From: Alphaproteobacteria bacterium
GTDB taxonomy: Bacteria > Pseudomonadota > Alphaproteobacteria > Caulobacterales > Aquidulcibacteraceae
Reading direction: 5' to 3'
Length of the DNA: 64,000 bases
Assembly: GCA_027488965.1 (NCBI GenBank)
Contig: JAIYAO010000200.1
Location: 1,646 to 65,645 of the forward strand
Made by a program: the position numbers and the translations under genes. Positions 63,668 through 64,000 of this stretch are shown here, in pieces. The notes under the pieces were generated by a model. The model ran no database searches. It was not told where the DNA came from and saw nothing but the letters and a program-made list of their open reading frames with translations. The stretch's first letter is position 1. Every line of letters begins with the position of its first letter.

Positions 63668-64000
63668 ATGAGCAGGAAGGCGCTGGTCCTCCCGCACGAT
63701 CCGAAGTGGTTGCAGGAAGGCCGGATGTGGGCCGCGCGGGTGCGCGAGATCCTCGATGGCCTGGTGCTCGACATCGACCACGTGGGCTCCACCGCCGTGC
63801 CCGGCCTCGCCGCCAAGAACGCGCTCGATATCCAGGCGCTGGCGTTCGATCTCGACGAGGCGCAGGCCGTGATCGACGCGCTCGCCGCCGCCGGCTTCCG
63901 CCACCGGCCCGAGAAGCGTGGCGCCCGCCCCGTGGCGGGTTATCCCGACGATCCCGACTGCTGGGACCAGCTGTTCTTCCGTGAGCCCGAAGGCGGCCGT
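63668..64000 (+). CDS. GrpB family protein, N-terminal part (3' end outside window)
   Basis: This frame is absent from the supplied ORF track because it runs off the window. It translates MSRKALVLPHDPKWLQEG...IDHVGSTAVPGLAAKNALDIQ, the GrpB-type HVGSTAVPGL.AK..IDI motif. Confidence 0.7.
   Translation, partial: MSRKALVLPHDPKWLQEGRMWAARVREILDGLVLDIDHVGSTAVPGLAAKNALDIQALAFDLDEAQAVIDALAAAGFRHRPEKRGARPVAGYPDDPDCWDQLFFREPEGGR

Noticed and set aside
1-64000. tRNA, rRNA, tmRNA, RNase P or SRP RNA genes
   Set aside because: Reading by eye, I found no T-loop (GGTTCGAATCC-type) sequence, no RNase P GAGGAAAGTCCGGGC box and no rRNA-like stretches. A tRNAscan/cmscan run would be needed to exclude small RNAs formally.

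Overview
High-GC (roughly 68-72% by eye) chromosomal segment with alphaproteobacterial gene content; the cpa/tad, petABC, hpf-ptsN, kdsB and nrd genes look Caulobacterales- or Sphingomonadales-like, but that placement is inference only. Coding density is high, and many neighbouring genes are joined by 1- or 4-nt start/stop overlaps. Recognisable content: the 3' end of a B12-dependent acyl-CoA mutase, lepB, class I ribonucleotide reductase nrdA and nrdB, a CDF metal exporter, AMP nucleosidase, a complete Flp/Tad (Cpa) pilus locus (19.7-32.4 kb), an M17 aminopeptidase, kdsB, hpf-ptsN, a pirin/flavodoxin/LysR redox cluster, an MFS exporter, a serine hydrolase, a MoxR-DUF58-BatA_N/DUF4159 operon, CCA-adding enzyme, hemF, trmL and the cytochrome bc1 operon. 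No rRNA, tRNA, CRISPR array, transposase or integrase was found. Most worth a second look: (1) a clearly lower-GC 1075-aa orphan protein (3206-6433) with a beta-helix-like repeat array, a unique insert and a C-terminal membrane module; (2) a 4.85-kb mosaic insert splitting nrdA from nrdB. It carries a ~52% GC orphan gene joined to a truncated MNT/HEPN toxin-antitoxin relic, giant nested palindromes, a mosaic repeat and a ~480-nt untranslatable leader before czcD; (3) the same repeat family at 35.8-36.6 kb, tightly bracketing a basic 174-aa orphan ORF; (4) an amn / HipA-like kinase / PTP-like phosphatase cluster; (5) a divergent second Flp-like prepilin; (6) a ~60-aa insertion in cytochrome b. 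All functional calls come from reading the translated motifs. No database search was run.
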